The notes under the pieces were generated by a model that ran no database searches, was not told the origin of the DNA, and worked only from the letters and a program-made list of their open reading frames with translations. A stretch of DNA of 64,000 nt from a virus: the IMG/VR virus record IMGVR_UViG_3300002835_000018; one strand, given 5' to 3'. The translations under genes were made by a program, and so were the position numbers. This document shows positions 50,349-59,049 of this stretch, piece after piece. How positions within the stretch are numbered: the first letter of the stretch is position 1; each line of letters starts with the position of its first letter.

Positions 50349-50834
50349 TTACCAATCGTTAGGTGTTATTGAATTATTCCATTGAAAATCATGAAAAGTC
50401 AAACCGTTTAAGTGTGCTATTTCATGTTGAGCAACACAACTCTCTAAAAAATTATCATTGCTTTCTTCTGGTCTACTTCCAAAAAAAATTGATCCATCAT
50501 GATTTAAACATGCAACTTCAATCCACATATGTCTATAAACATCAAGTTGCTCATCTGGAAAACTTAAACAACCTTCTTTTTTACAAATCTTTACTTGAGA
50601 AAAATTTATTATTTTAGGATTTATTAAAATAAATGGCTTATTGTTTTTAAGAACTATGGCAACCGAAGCATCTATGCCAAATTGATTTGCTGCTAAACCA
50701 ACAGCTTTTACTTCGTTTTTTTTATTGTAAAGGTTCAAAAATTGCCACATTCTTTTAGCAATAGTTTTTCCTTTTTTTAAATCTACTTCTTTGCATTTTG
50801 TTTTTAAAACAGGGTTATTTATTATTATTTTCAT
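50349..50834 (-). CDS. def: Peptide deformylase
   Basis: GLAANQ, EGCLS, QHEIAHLNG. Confidence 0.9.
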   Translation of the reverse strand: MKIIINNPVLKTKCKEVDLKKGKTIAKRMWQFLNLYNKKNEVKAVGLAANQFGIDASVAIVLKNNKPFILINPKIINFSQVKICKKEGCLSFPDEQLDVYRHMWIEVACLNHDGSIFFGSRPEESNDNFLESCVAQHEIAHLNGLTFHDFQWNNSITPNDW

Positions 50835-51300
50835 TAAAGTATTCTTCTATGTCCTTTTCTACTTGAATAGCATTAACATAACCGTCTGGTATTACCGCAA
50901 ATCTGCAAACGCCATCCAGTTCTATTTGTTGATCAAGTATAATACATGCGTTTTCTGATTTATGTAATGCACAATTTCCGCATTTAACACCAATATTTTT
51001 AGTTGGGTTATTCTCTGCGTTTTCATACCCAACCCAAATGCCATTAGATTTATCAAGTGGACCAACTTTTTGAGACAATGAAATAAGTGAATTAGCTAAT
51101 TCTTTTTCGTCATTTGAAAGTTGTAAATAAAGATCTTCATACGATTGAGACTTCATTATTTTAGCAAATTTTTCTGGACCCTCAATAGAAATACCTTGCC
51201 TAATAGCTTGTTTTTTAGCATCTTTTCCAAGATAACATTTACCTTGATCGCCCCATTTCCAACCATCTTTACCATTTTCAGAACAATTTTTTAAAGGCAT
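50815..51300 (-). CDS. Phage protein with C-terminal HiPIP-like four-Cys domain
   Basis: GWKWGDQGKCY N-terminal domain; KCGNC......C......I..DGVC. Confidence 0.5.
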   Translation of the reverse strand: MPLKNCSENGKDGWKWGDQGKCYLGKDAKKQAIRQGISIEGPEKFAKIMKSQSYEDLYLQLSNDEKELANSLISLSQKVGPLDKSNGIWVGYENAENNPTKNIGVKCGNCALHKSENACIILDQQIELDGVCRFAVIPDGYVNAIQVEKDIEEYFNENNNK

Positions 51301-51686
51301 TAGAATCTCCTAGCTATAAGCTTACAAAGTTTTATAAAATACTTTTCGCTCAAATTCATCTTCATGTAATTAACATCTTTATGAACCCATTGTATATTTT
51401 CTTTAGTGTACCCAAGGTCACTATTTTTTCTGTCTATTGAAGCAGTTCCTAAAGAATATATGTTTTTATTACTAATTCTTTTTAAATATTTTGTATGCGT
51501 TATTTTTAATCCAGTATAGAAACATCTTTTATTTTGTTTTAAGAAAATTTCCCAAGCATCTTGCATTGTTGCTGTTATTTCTATATTTCTTTTTTTTGCA
51601 TTCTTTATTAAAGAACACCAATATCTTCCAGATATTTTTCCAACTGTTCTATTATTGTGAGACTTTTTTTTCATGACTACCCCCAT
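51300..51686 (-). CDS. HNH-like endonuclease
   Basis: QNKRCFYTG...ASIDRKNSDLGYTKENIQWVHKDVNYMK. Confidence 0.75.
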   Translation of the reverse strand: MGVVMKKKSHNNRTVGKISGRYWCSLIKNAKKRNIEITATMQDAWEIFLKQNKRCFYTGLKITHTKYLKRISNKNIYSLGTASIDRKNSDLGYTKENIQWVHKDVNYMKMNLSEKYFIKLCKLIARRF

Positions 51687-51720
51687 ACTAATACACAGTA
51701 TGAGGGTAAAACATTGAATA

Positions 51721-52437
51721 TTATTTCATGGAAACAGCTTGAGGATTTGAGTTTTTGAATGCCGTTGATTCATTCTTCCACCCAAATTGTTCTAATGCAG
51801 TATGATATCCACTTGTCCATGAACCATCTGCGTAAAGCTTTGCACAAGCCTCCCAACCATCACGATATGAACCAGATCCAGTTGGTGAACCAGCCCTTAA
51901 AATAGCATCTCTATAGCCATTTTCATAAGTTGGTTTGCCTCTTTCTGCATAAATTTCATCTTTCAACAGCCTGTTTTCAGCAGCAAAAAGTTCTTTAACT
52001 GTTATATTTTTATTAGTTTCTACCACATACATATGGCTAACATAAATTGAATATCCTAAAAAAACTAACGCAATAGAACCAAAAAACTTGCTCATAATAG
52101 TCCTCCATAAAGAAATAGGTCTTTGAAAAGTCTTAACTCTAAATTGTTTTACTCTTTTGTAATGCTCTTGGCAATCCCTAATTACTTCTGGATTGTAATT
52201 TTTATAGTTGTGCAAGTGCCCAAAAACAAAATGACAATGTTTGCAAAGAGTACATAAGTTGTTTCTACATAACTCTTTAGATGAATCAACACTAACTGGT
52301 ATTATATGATGAACTTGAACCTCTTTTTTTGTGCCACAACCTATACATGATGGATTATCTTCAATGTGTTGACAACGAAGAGTCCACCATTTACCAGAAC
52401 GATCAGAACCAAAAAAACCAAAAAAATACTTAAACAT
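51721..52437 (-). CDS. HNH endonuclease in frame with a TM protein (internal start at 52095)
   Basis: CIGC...VHHIIP...NLCTLCKHCH, then GGAGG-N6-ATG MSKFFGSIALVFLGYSIYV. Confidence 0.6.
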   Translation of the reverse strand: MFKYFFGFFGSDRSGKWWTLRCQHIEDNPSCIGCGTKKEVQVHHIIPVSVDSSKELCRNNLCTLCKHCHFVFGHLHNYKNYNPEVIRDCQEHYKRVKQFRVKTFQRPISLWRTIMSKFFGSIALVFLGYSIYVSHMYVVETNKNITVKELFAAENRLLKDEIYAERGKPTYENGYRDAILRAGSPTGSGSYRDGWEACAKLYADGSWTSGYHTALEQFGWKNESTAFKNSNPQAVSMK

Positions 52438-53041
52438 TAATGTCCTTGCTGTATTCAAAATTATAAAAATCTTTTTCTGCCCATTCAATTGTCATTTCAA
52501 TTGTTTTTTTATTGTGCTCTTCTTTCCAATGTTTTGTCGATCCTAATTTCTCATTTATTATTGGAACATTAAAATCTATAGAGTGAATATTCAGCATTTT
52601 TAAATCACTTTGCAGGTTTTCCTGTTTTATAAATGAACGATACTTAGACACCCATTCTGTTATCGTATAATGGAAAAAACCATCGTTAGAAAGTTTTTTA
52701 TTTAAAACAAGACCTATAAATTCTTCAAGAGTTTTTTCTTTTAACAAAAATTCATTTTCGTAATTCTGTCCGTACTTCCAATGATTGTAAAGAGAAACTA
52801 TTCTAGAAAAAGGATTTCTTACACTTATAAAAACATTATAGTCATCATATTCAGAACTTAATTTGTCAGGAGGCCAAGGGGTGTGTTGACCATTTATTTC
52901 TATGCCTTCAAAATTAACATTTAAATCTTGAATAAAAGCATTGTTGTTATACTTTCCATCCGTTAAAACATATGATATGGCTGTACTACCAGTCTTTGGT
53001 GGTCCTATGTAAAGCCATTTCTTTTTTTTGTTAAGTATCAT
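52430..53041 (-). CDS. Sulfotransferase (Sulfotransfer_2-like)
   Basis: PAPS-binding PKTGSTAI; SVRNPFSRIVSLY; DFYNFEY. Confidence 0.8.
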   Translation of the reverse strand: MILNKKKKWLYIGPPKTGSTAISYVLTDGKYNNNAFIQDLNVNFEGIEINGQHTPWPPDKLSSEYDDYNVFISVRNPFSRIVSLYNHWKYGQNYENEFLLKEKTLEEFIGLVLNKKLSNDGFFHYTITEWVSKYRSFIKQENLQSDLKMLNIHSIDFNVPIINEKLGSTKHWKEEHNKKTIEMTIEWAEKDFYNFEYSKDINV

Positions 53042-54071
53042 TACATTCTTTTATTTTTGAAAATATGTAATCTTCCCAATTTTTAATCATTGTTTTGTGT
53101 GTGTAATTACTTTCTACAATAGATTTAGCTAAAACGACCATTTCAGATTTTCTTCCTTGCTTGTAAGCTTCTTTTATTTTATTTGAAAATTCAACTGCTG
53201 TTGGTCTTACCTTGGTTGATAAACACAATTCACCATGTAAATTCATTAACTCTAAATAAGAGTTATATTGAGTCGTTACAATTGGAACACCACAAAACCA
53301 AGACTCTAATAGTACTAACGGCATACCTTCTACATCTGAAGGAAGGACAATTACATCTGCACCAGCATAGTAATCTCCAATGTTTTTTGTTTTTTTAATT
53401 AATTGAATATTTTGTTTTTTTATCAATTGAAAATCTTTTTTTAAAGAACCAGTATCAACAAATAAAAATTTCCAACTTTCATCAAATAATTCTGAGCACT
53501 GAAGAAGAATTTTTGGATTTTTTTCTTCTGATAATCTACTTAAAAACAAAACAACTTTATTATCTTCACAACCCCATTCTTTTCTTTGTTTCACTCTTCC
53601 TTTTAATTCTTCAAGTCTATTTATATCTATTCCATTGTATATTACAGTTGCATTATTTTCACTAAATGCTGAAGCAGCAACTTTACTTACACCAACATGA
53701 TATTTTGAATTTTTGCATGTTTGATTTATTAATAACTTATGATCTTTCCAAGATGGATCACTATGTGAAACATCTATGGTTGGACATTTTAAACTATTTT
53801 TTAAGTTTATATTTAAATTAAAACACCAAGATATAACTGCATCAGCATCACTCAAAAAATTTATAATTTTTTCTGGATTTGAATAAAAGTTAGACAAAAT
53901 TTTTGTTGTTTTTGGAACTTCTTCTAATAAAATTGAATCGCTTTGACCACTTAAATTTAAAATTAAATAAGGGTCTAGTCTCTTGAAGAATTTTGCAAGA
54001 GTTACTATCCATCTTTCAGCACCACCCATGCCTAATGACGGTGTTATAAGTGCAACCTTTGGTTTACTCAT
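53031..54071 (-). CDS. Glycosyltransferase family 4
   Basis: GGAER, IYNGID, RLSEEKN, LPSDVEGMPLVLLES. Confidence 0.9.
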   Translation of the reverse strand: MSKPKVALITPSLGMGGAERWIVTLAKFFKRLDPYLILNLSGQSDSILLEEVPKTTKILSNFYSNPEKIINFLSDADAVISWCFNLNINLKNSLKCPTIDVSHSDPSWKDHKLLINQTCKNSKYHVGVSKVAASAFSENNATVIYNGIDINRLEELKGRVKQRKEWGCEDNKVVLFLSRLSEEKNPKILLQCSELFDESWKFLFVDTGSLKKDFQLIKKQNIQLIKKTKNIGDYYAGADVIVLPSDVEGMPLVLLESWFCGVPIVTTQYNSYLELMNLHGELCLSTKVRPTAVEFSNKIKEAYKQGRKSEMVVLAKSIVESNYTHKTMIKNWEDYIFSKIKECNDT

Positions 54072-54279
54072 TTATCTCTATTTTTTTTTCGTAAAAGTAA
54101 TTTTTACCCATTTCATTTTTTTTATTATCCATTTTTTCTTTGCACTTCTTACAGATTCTATTTGTTGCTGGATCACAACTTAGAAATTGTTTATTGCACC
54201 AACCTAAACAATTCACAAGTATTTTATTTTTTGTTTTCTTCATAAAAAACCTCCTTCGTAAACTTAATCGCATCATCAT
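54064..54279 (-). CDS. Small zinc-finger protein
   Basis: CLGWCNKQFLS....NRICKKC; likely start MKKTK. Confidence 0.55.
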   Translation of the reverse strand: MMMRLSLRRRFFMKKTKNKILVNCLGWCNKQFLSCDPATNRICKKCKEKMDNKKNEMGKNYFYEKKIEINE

Positions 54280-54727
54280 CTATTCCAAAGTAATTCTTTT
54301 CTAAATTGGCTATAAAGTCATTTTTTTTAAAAAATTTAATTGTATTAACATCATCTTCTTTACAATAAAAAACAATTTTATTTCTGTATTTTTTGTTGTA
54401 TATAAAATCTAAAAAATCTTTACCAAAACCCGATCTTCTAAAATCTTTGTCTATACATATTCTTTCAATTAGTAATTCGTTTTCTTTAACCTCAAAAAGT
54501 AAAAATCCAATAATTATTGAACCTTCACTTATTGTGTAAGTATATGTGTTCTTTTTTTTAACAAAATCAACAAAATCAGATGAGTTCCAAGCTTTTTTTG
54601 AAACCATTTCTCCAAAATCTGGATCTTCTATAGTGCAATTTTTCTTTTCTATTTCTACTATAGATCTTAGGTTCTTTTTTAAAAGAAGTTTTATTTCACT
54701 TGAAATTTGTTTTTTCTTTTTAGCCAT
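54224..54727 (-). CDS. GNAT acetyltransferase (RimI-like)
   Basis: IVEIEK, IIGFLLF, ICIDKDFRRSGFGK, FFKKNDF; GAGGT RBS before 54727. Confidence 0.75.
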   Translation of the reverse strand: MAKKKKQISSEIKLLLKKNLRSIVEIEKKNCTIEDPDFGEMVSKKAWNSSDFVDFVKKKNTYTYTISEGSIIIGFLLFEVKENELLIERICIDKDFRRSGFGKDFLDFIYNKKYRNKIVFYCKEDDVNTIKFFKKNDFIANLEKNYFGIDDDAIKFTKEVFYEENKK

Positions 54728-54750
54728 TATAAACCTCAAGGAAAATAACT

Positions 54751-55035
54751 TTGAAAAATAGAATAGTCTATGCTTGTAAAAAGTTAACAAAAAAACTTTC
54801 AAATTCAACCACAATACTCAATTCTATCTCAAAAAATAATATTTATTCAAATGAAACTTTTGATTTACTGTTAAAAATAATAAGAAAATGTTATTCAACT
54901 GGGATTATATCAGAATCAGAATTTATTTCATTGTTATCAATACTTGGTAAAAATGCAGATGATTTTAATTCTAAAGGATTTATTGAAAAAAGTGTTGTTT
55001 GGTTTTTTGCTGATATAGCAGCAGACTTGTTATAG
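54751..55035 (+). CDS. Hypothetical protein
   Basis: 94 aa, TTG start, no recognisable motif. Confidence 0.35.
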   Translation: MKNRIVYACKKLTKKLSNSTTILNSISKNNIYSNETFDLLLKIIRKCYSTGIISESEFISLLSILGKNADDFNSKGFIEKSVVWFFADIAADLL

Positions 55036-55036
55036 T
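55007..55036 (+). promoter_or_regulatory. Sigma70-like promoter TTGCTG-N18-TATAGT with extended -10 TG
   Basis: The predicted start (~55042) coincides with the 5' end of a long stem. Confidence 0.4.
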
Positions 55037-55041
55037 CAATA

Positions 55042-55345
55042 GGCCACTTCTTCTCCCTGATAGTACTACTACCAGCAAGTTCCTAGAACAAGCAGTTTGT
55101 TATAAAATTTTGACCAAACAGGACATTAGAAAGAAGGTACTTGTAAAGTATCAGGTCTAGTATGAGAAGTGGTCACTCAAATTCTAGTATAATAATCTTT
55201 CTAAACTATTTCGTGCCACCCTGTTGAGAGTTTGGCTACTCTCTGGCAATCCTTGGGGTTATCCCCTGGTGATGTGATTCATTTCGGTATAAAAACTGCG
55301 GAAGAACCGTATGCTTGAATTGTTAACGCAGTTGCTTTTAATCAC
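55042..55345 (+). ncRNA. Candidate structured non-coding RNA(s): ~133 nt rod plus hairpin/pseudoknot domain
   Basis: GGCCACTTCT/AGAAGTGGTC, CCTGATA/TATCAGG, GAGAGT/ACTCTC, GGGG/CCCC, AACTGCG/CGCAGTT; no long ORF; GC-richer than its flanks. Confidence 0.45.
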
Positions 55346-55613
55346 ATGCTCTTTTATAACTTTCAACATTTTCCTTACACAGAAGAAATATATACTTAGA
55401 GCAACCGTCTTTCAACCTAAAGTGTTTTATTTTCTTTTTATTTCCTATCGGTCTTTTATCACAACTTAAAAAAACCTCTTGCAAAATAATAAGTGCCTCT
55501 TTATTTGATGAAGCACATAGTGCAATACAACAACTTCCATTCTTATCTATAGAAGCTTTATTTTTTTTATTTTTTCCTTCTACTCTTATCCATATTTCAT
55601 AAAGATATCTCAT
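55338..55613 (-). CDS. Basic hypothetical protein
   Basis: 91 aa. Confidence 0.4.
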   Translation of the reverse strand: MRYLYEIWIRVEGKNKKNKASIDKNGSCCIALCASSNKEALIILQEVFLSCDKRPIGNKKKIKHFRLKDGCSKYIFLLCKENVESYKRACD

Positions 55614-55694
55614 AAAACCCCAATAATTAAAGATTTTATTTTAAATAAGGTGTTTATTATAATAGCAAACTATATTTAAACAAGAAGTAAAACC

Positions 55695-56123
55695 ATGAAA
55701 ATATATACTGGTGGAACTTTTGATTTATTCCATTCTGGTCATGCAAATTTTTTGAAAATATGCAAAGAGATATCTGGAAATAATGGCTTAGTTTTTGTTT
55801 CACTAAACACAGATTCATTTATAAAGTCATACAAAGGAATCAGTCCAACTTGCTCATATGAAGAAAGAAAAAGCGTCTTACTTTCTTGCAAATATGTTGA
55901 TTTTGTAATACCAAATATTGGAAATGAAGATTCAAAAATTGCAATACTTCAAGTTAATCCAAACATCATTATAGTTGGTTCTGATTGGGCAAAAAAAGAC
56001 TATTATAAACAAATGGGTTTTACACAAGATTGGCTAGATTATAACAACATATATATGATGTATGTTCCATACACAAAAACAATATCAACAACTGAAATTA
56101 AAAAAAGGTTGATAAATGAATGA
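55695..56123 (+). CDS. Cytidylyltransferase (TagD-like)
   Basis: YTGGTFDLFHSGH, YEER, GSDW, ISTTEIK. Confidence 0.9.
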   Translation: MKIYTGGTFDLFHSGHANFLKICKEISGNNGLVFVSLNTDSFIKSYKGISPTCSYEERKSVLLSCKYVDFVIPNIGNEDSKIAILQVNPNIIIVGSDWAKKDYYKQMGFTQDWLDYNNIYMMYVPYTKTISTTEIKKRLINE

Positions 56124-56751
56124 TATACTTTATGTAATACCATGCAAAATAATTACATTGAATCATTTAGATCATTTAAAAAAATGTGTAAAAAGCATAT
56201 CTGACCTTATGGAGAATGATGACAAAATTTTAATTGTTGATTCTGATAGCAAAATAAAAAATCATTTTAATATTTCTTCTGAAAAAATAATTGTGGCAGA
56301 TATTAAAAATAAAAATTATGAAGCTGGTGCATTGTTATATGCGTATAAAAATTTTGATTACAAAAGATTTTTACTTATTCATGACTCTTGCGAATTAAAA
56401 GAAAGCATAAAAAAATTAGATGGCAATATATATGTTTATAATTATGTTTATGATTGGTTTGGATGCGAAGACATTCATGTTGAATCAACAATAAAATATT
56501 TAGATAAAACAAAATGGCTTAAAATACCAGAAGAATTTATAACAATTGTTGGATCTATATTTTTTGCAAAAAAAACAATTCTAGACATTATTTATAAAAA
56601 CGGAATAGAAAATTTATTGCCACAAAACAAAATAGATTCTTGTGCTTTTGAAAGAATTTTTGGAATAATCTTAACAAAAGAAGGTTATAAAGATGAAATT
56701 GTAAACAACAATAAACTTCCAATTTTTAAAAACTTTTTAGAGAGAACCTAA
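56116..56751 (+). CDS. GT-A-like protein
   Basis: ILIVDSDS, YEAGA, LIHDS, FERIFG. Confidence 0.5.
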   Translation: MNDILYVIPCKIITLNHLDHLKKCVKSISDLMENDDKILIVDSDSKIKNHFNISSEKIIVADIKNKNYEAGALLYAYKNFDYKRFLLIHDSCELKESIKKLDGNIYVYNYVYDWFGCEDIHVESTIKYLDKTKWLKIPEEFITIVGSIFFAKKTILDIIYKNGIENLLPQNKIDSCAFERIFGIILTKEGYKDEIVNNNKLPIFKNFLERT

Positions 56752-56757
56752 TTAAAA

Positions 56758-57336
56758 ATGATAAAGTTTTCAATAATAATCCCAACATATAAAAGAACTC
56801 CCTTGCTTAATCGTGCAATGACCAGTGTTATAAATCAAGATTATGATAACTATGAAGTCCTTGTTTGTTCTGATGGCTATAGTCAGGATGATCAATGTTG
56901 TGTGTTAAATATGAACGATAGTCGTTTTACTTACAACTTTACAGAAAAACCAAAAGGTCAAAATTATGGAAATGTTCAAAGAAATGCAATGATTTTAAAA
57001 TGCACTGGAGATTACACAATATGGTTAGACGATGACAATGTTATTGAAGAAGACTATTTTTCATTTTCACATGATGAAATTTATAATAGAGACTACGGCA
57101 TGTTAATATTTAAAATAGCTCACAATATTTTTAAAATTGTTCCTGAAAAAAATGAAATCAATATTGGAAATATAGATACATTAAATGCTATGGTTAAAAC
57201 AGAAATAGCAAAAAAAATAAAATGGAGTTCATCATATATGTCAGATTCTTATTTTATAAAAGATGTAGAAAAATATTGTTTAAAAAATAATTTAAAAATT
57301 GGATTTTTTGATAAGATTATAGGTAGACACAATTAA
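56758..57336 (+). CDS. Glycosyltransferase family 2
   Basis: FSIIIPTYKR, VCSDG, QRN, WLDDDN. Confidence 0.85.
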   Translation: MIKFSIIIPTYKRTPLLNRAMTSVINQDYDNYEVLVCSDGYSQDDQCCVLNMNDSRFTYNFTEKPKGQNYGNVQRNAMILKCTGDYTIWLDDDNVIEEDYFSFSHDEIYNRDYGMLIFKIAHNIFKIVPEKNEINIGNIDTLNAMVKTEIAKKIKWSSSYMSDSYFIKDVEKYCLKNNLKIGFFDKIIGRHN

Positions 57337-57354
57337 AATTACACTTGTTTTTTT

Positions 57355-57368
57355 GGTGTATATAAATA
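57355..57368 (+). promoter_or_regulatory. Putative phage promoter motif GGTGTATATAAATA
   Basis: Immediately precedes an AAGGAGA RBS. Confidence 0.45.
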
Positions 57369-57426
57369 TTAAGGAGATATTATATGAAAATTTCAAATTT
57401 TACAAACATGTTTACAATAAATTAAT

Positions 57427-57819
57427 ATGAGCATAATAGAAGACATACAACTGTACCTATCTAATGCAAATGTAGTAATTGTCGATATTGACAACACTAT
57501 TTTGCGTAATGGTATATACCCAATTAAAAAGATGGTTGATTATGTTAATGAGTTATCAAAACAAAATAAAATCTATATAATAACAGGCAGACCAGAAAAA
57601 GACAGGAAAGACACAATAGAAGCACTTAAAAAAGCTGGAGTTAAATACAATCGATTAATGATGAATAACATTGGTAATAATCCAAAAGATCAAAATGAAT
57701 CTAAGAAAAAACATGCTGAAAGCATTAAAGAAAAAGTTCTTTTCGCCATAGATGATAATCCAAAAATGCGTAACGAATACAATAAGGTTGGAATTAAAAC
57801 CAAGTCACCAAAAAGGTAG
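57427..57819 (+). CDS. HAD-family phosphatase (PNK 3'-phosphatase-like)
   Basis: VDIDNT, ITGR, K, IDD. Confidence 0.8.
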   Translation: MSIIEDIQLYLSNANVVIVDIDNTILRNGIYPIKKMVDYVNELSKQNKIYIITGRPEKDRKDTIEALKKAGVKYNRLMMNNIGNNPKDQNESKKKHAESIKEKVLFAIDDNPKMRNEYNKVGIKTKSPKR

Positions 57820-57824
57820 CAACA

Positions 57825-58388
57825 ATGAAAACATTATCTGAAATTTATAGTTCAAAACATTTTTACACCGATAAAAACACGGTTCATTCTTATATTGATC
57901 AAATTTACTCTGAATTATTTCATGAAATACAAGAGTCTGCTAAAAATATTTTAGAGATAGGTATTGATCATGGTGGAAGTATATTATTGTGGAAAGATTA
58001 TTTTTCGAATGCTACAATTTATGGAATAGATATAAATAATAAAAATGATATTTTTAAAGAAAAAGAAAGATTGAAAATATTGCATAGAGATGCTTATGAT
58101 GAAAAATTTATAAGCTCTATTCCAGAAAATATTTTTGATTTAATTATTGATGATGGTCCTCATACCTTAAAAAGCATGACTTCATTTTTAGATGGTTATC
58201 AAAGTAAATTAAATGAAAATGGAATTATTATAATAGAAGATGTTCAAGAAATTTCTTGGATTGACACATTAATAGAACATGTTCATGAAGATTTAATTGA
58301 TAACATTTATGTTCATGATCTTAGAGATATAAAAAATAGGGCTGATGATATATTATTTATTGTAGACAAAAGAAAAAAAAACAATTAG
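57825..58388 (+). CDS. Class I SAM-dependent methyltransferase
   Basis: TDK...HSY, ILEIGI, YGIDI, FDLIIDDGPH, IIEDV. Confidence 0.85.
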   Translation: MKTLSEIYSSKHFYTDKNTVHSYIDQIYSELFHEIQESAKNILEIGIDHGGSILLWKDYFSNATIYGIDINNKNDIFKEKERLKILHRDAYDEKFISSIPENIFDLIIDDGPHTLKSMTSFLDGYQSKLNENGIIIIEDVQEISWIDTLIEHVHEDLIDNIYVHDLRDIKNRADDILFIVDKRKKNN

Positions 58389-58615
58389 GCAACAATGCTT
58401 GCTATATCAAATCGTTTGATTAAACTATCCACTCCAAACATATCCATATAAACATCTCTTATTTCTTCCATACAAACTCTATTGAACTTTACTCCAATGC
58501 TTTTTGACATTCTAATAGATGCCAATATCATTATTCGTCTGGCTTTTTTTTGCCTATTTTTTTTAATTTTCATAATATCACATTGTACCAATTTGGAATC
58601 TCTCTTTTTTTCCAT
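58385..58615 (-). CDS. Small basic hypothetical protein
   Basis: Follows the denV-like gene. Confidence 0.45.
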   Translation of the reverse strand: MEKKRDSKLVQCDIMKIKKNRQKKARRIMILASIRMSKSIGVKFNRVCMEEIRDVYMDMFGVDSLIKRFDIASIVA

Positions 58616-59040
58616 TTTGCTATATGGGATTTAAATTTTATATAATACATTTTATATGACTCTATTGGATCTTTTGACTTTATTTCTTCTGGCATAGCTT
58701 GAACAAATTCTGTCATCTCAATATTTGGTATTTTACATGCGAATGTCAAACATTCTTCTATAATTCTTTTACACTTATGTTCTTTTTCATATCTGTAAGA
58801 ATACTCATCACAAAGATGTATCCCTAGTTCGCACAACCAAATAAAATTTCCCATACTTTTCCCTGCCCAAAGTGTGCAAGGATGATTAACATGAGTTGAT
58901 TTATAGGGTGTCATAATGCCATGACTATTAAGAATAGTGCATAAAATTTGTGCTGTTTCTAAAGGCATTTTAACTATATGTTTGTCCATATGCCACTCAG
59001 CAGCTTGTTTTGGGTTTTTATCTAATACAAATATATTCAT
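58570..59040 (-). CDS. Pyrimidine-dimer DNA glycosylase/endonuclease V-like protein
   Basis: MNIFVLD, DKHIVKMPLETAQIL, HVNHPCTLW, QAMP. Confidence 0.7.
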   Translation of the reverse strand: MNIFVLDKNPKQAAEWHMDKHIVKMPLETAQILCTILNSHGIMTPYKSTHVNHPCTLWAGKSMGNFIWLCELGIHLCDEYSYRYEKEHKCKRIIEECLTFACKIPNIEMTEFVQAMPEEIKSKDPIESYKMYYIKFKSHIAKWKKREIPNWYNVIL

Positions 59041-59049
59041 TTTTTTCCT

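Noticed and set aside
55042-55345. tRNA, tmRNA, SRP RNA or hammerhead ribozyme
   Set aside because: There is no T-loop/CCA end. The SRP-like CAGGTC and AAGCAG pieces are in the wrong order, and there is no CUGAUGA/GAAA core.
55280-55345. Pseudoknot-stimulated read-through or frameshift of ORF 55338..55613
   Set aside because: All three downstream frames on the - strand close within about 30 codons.
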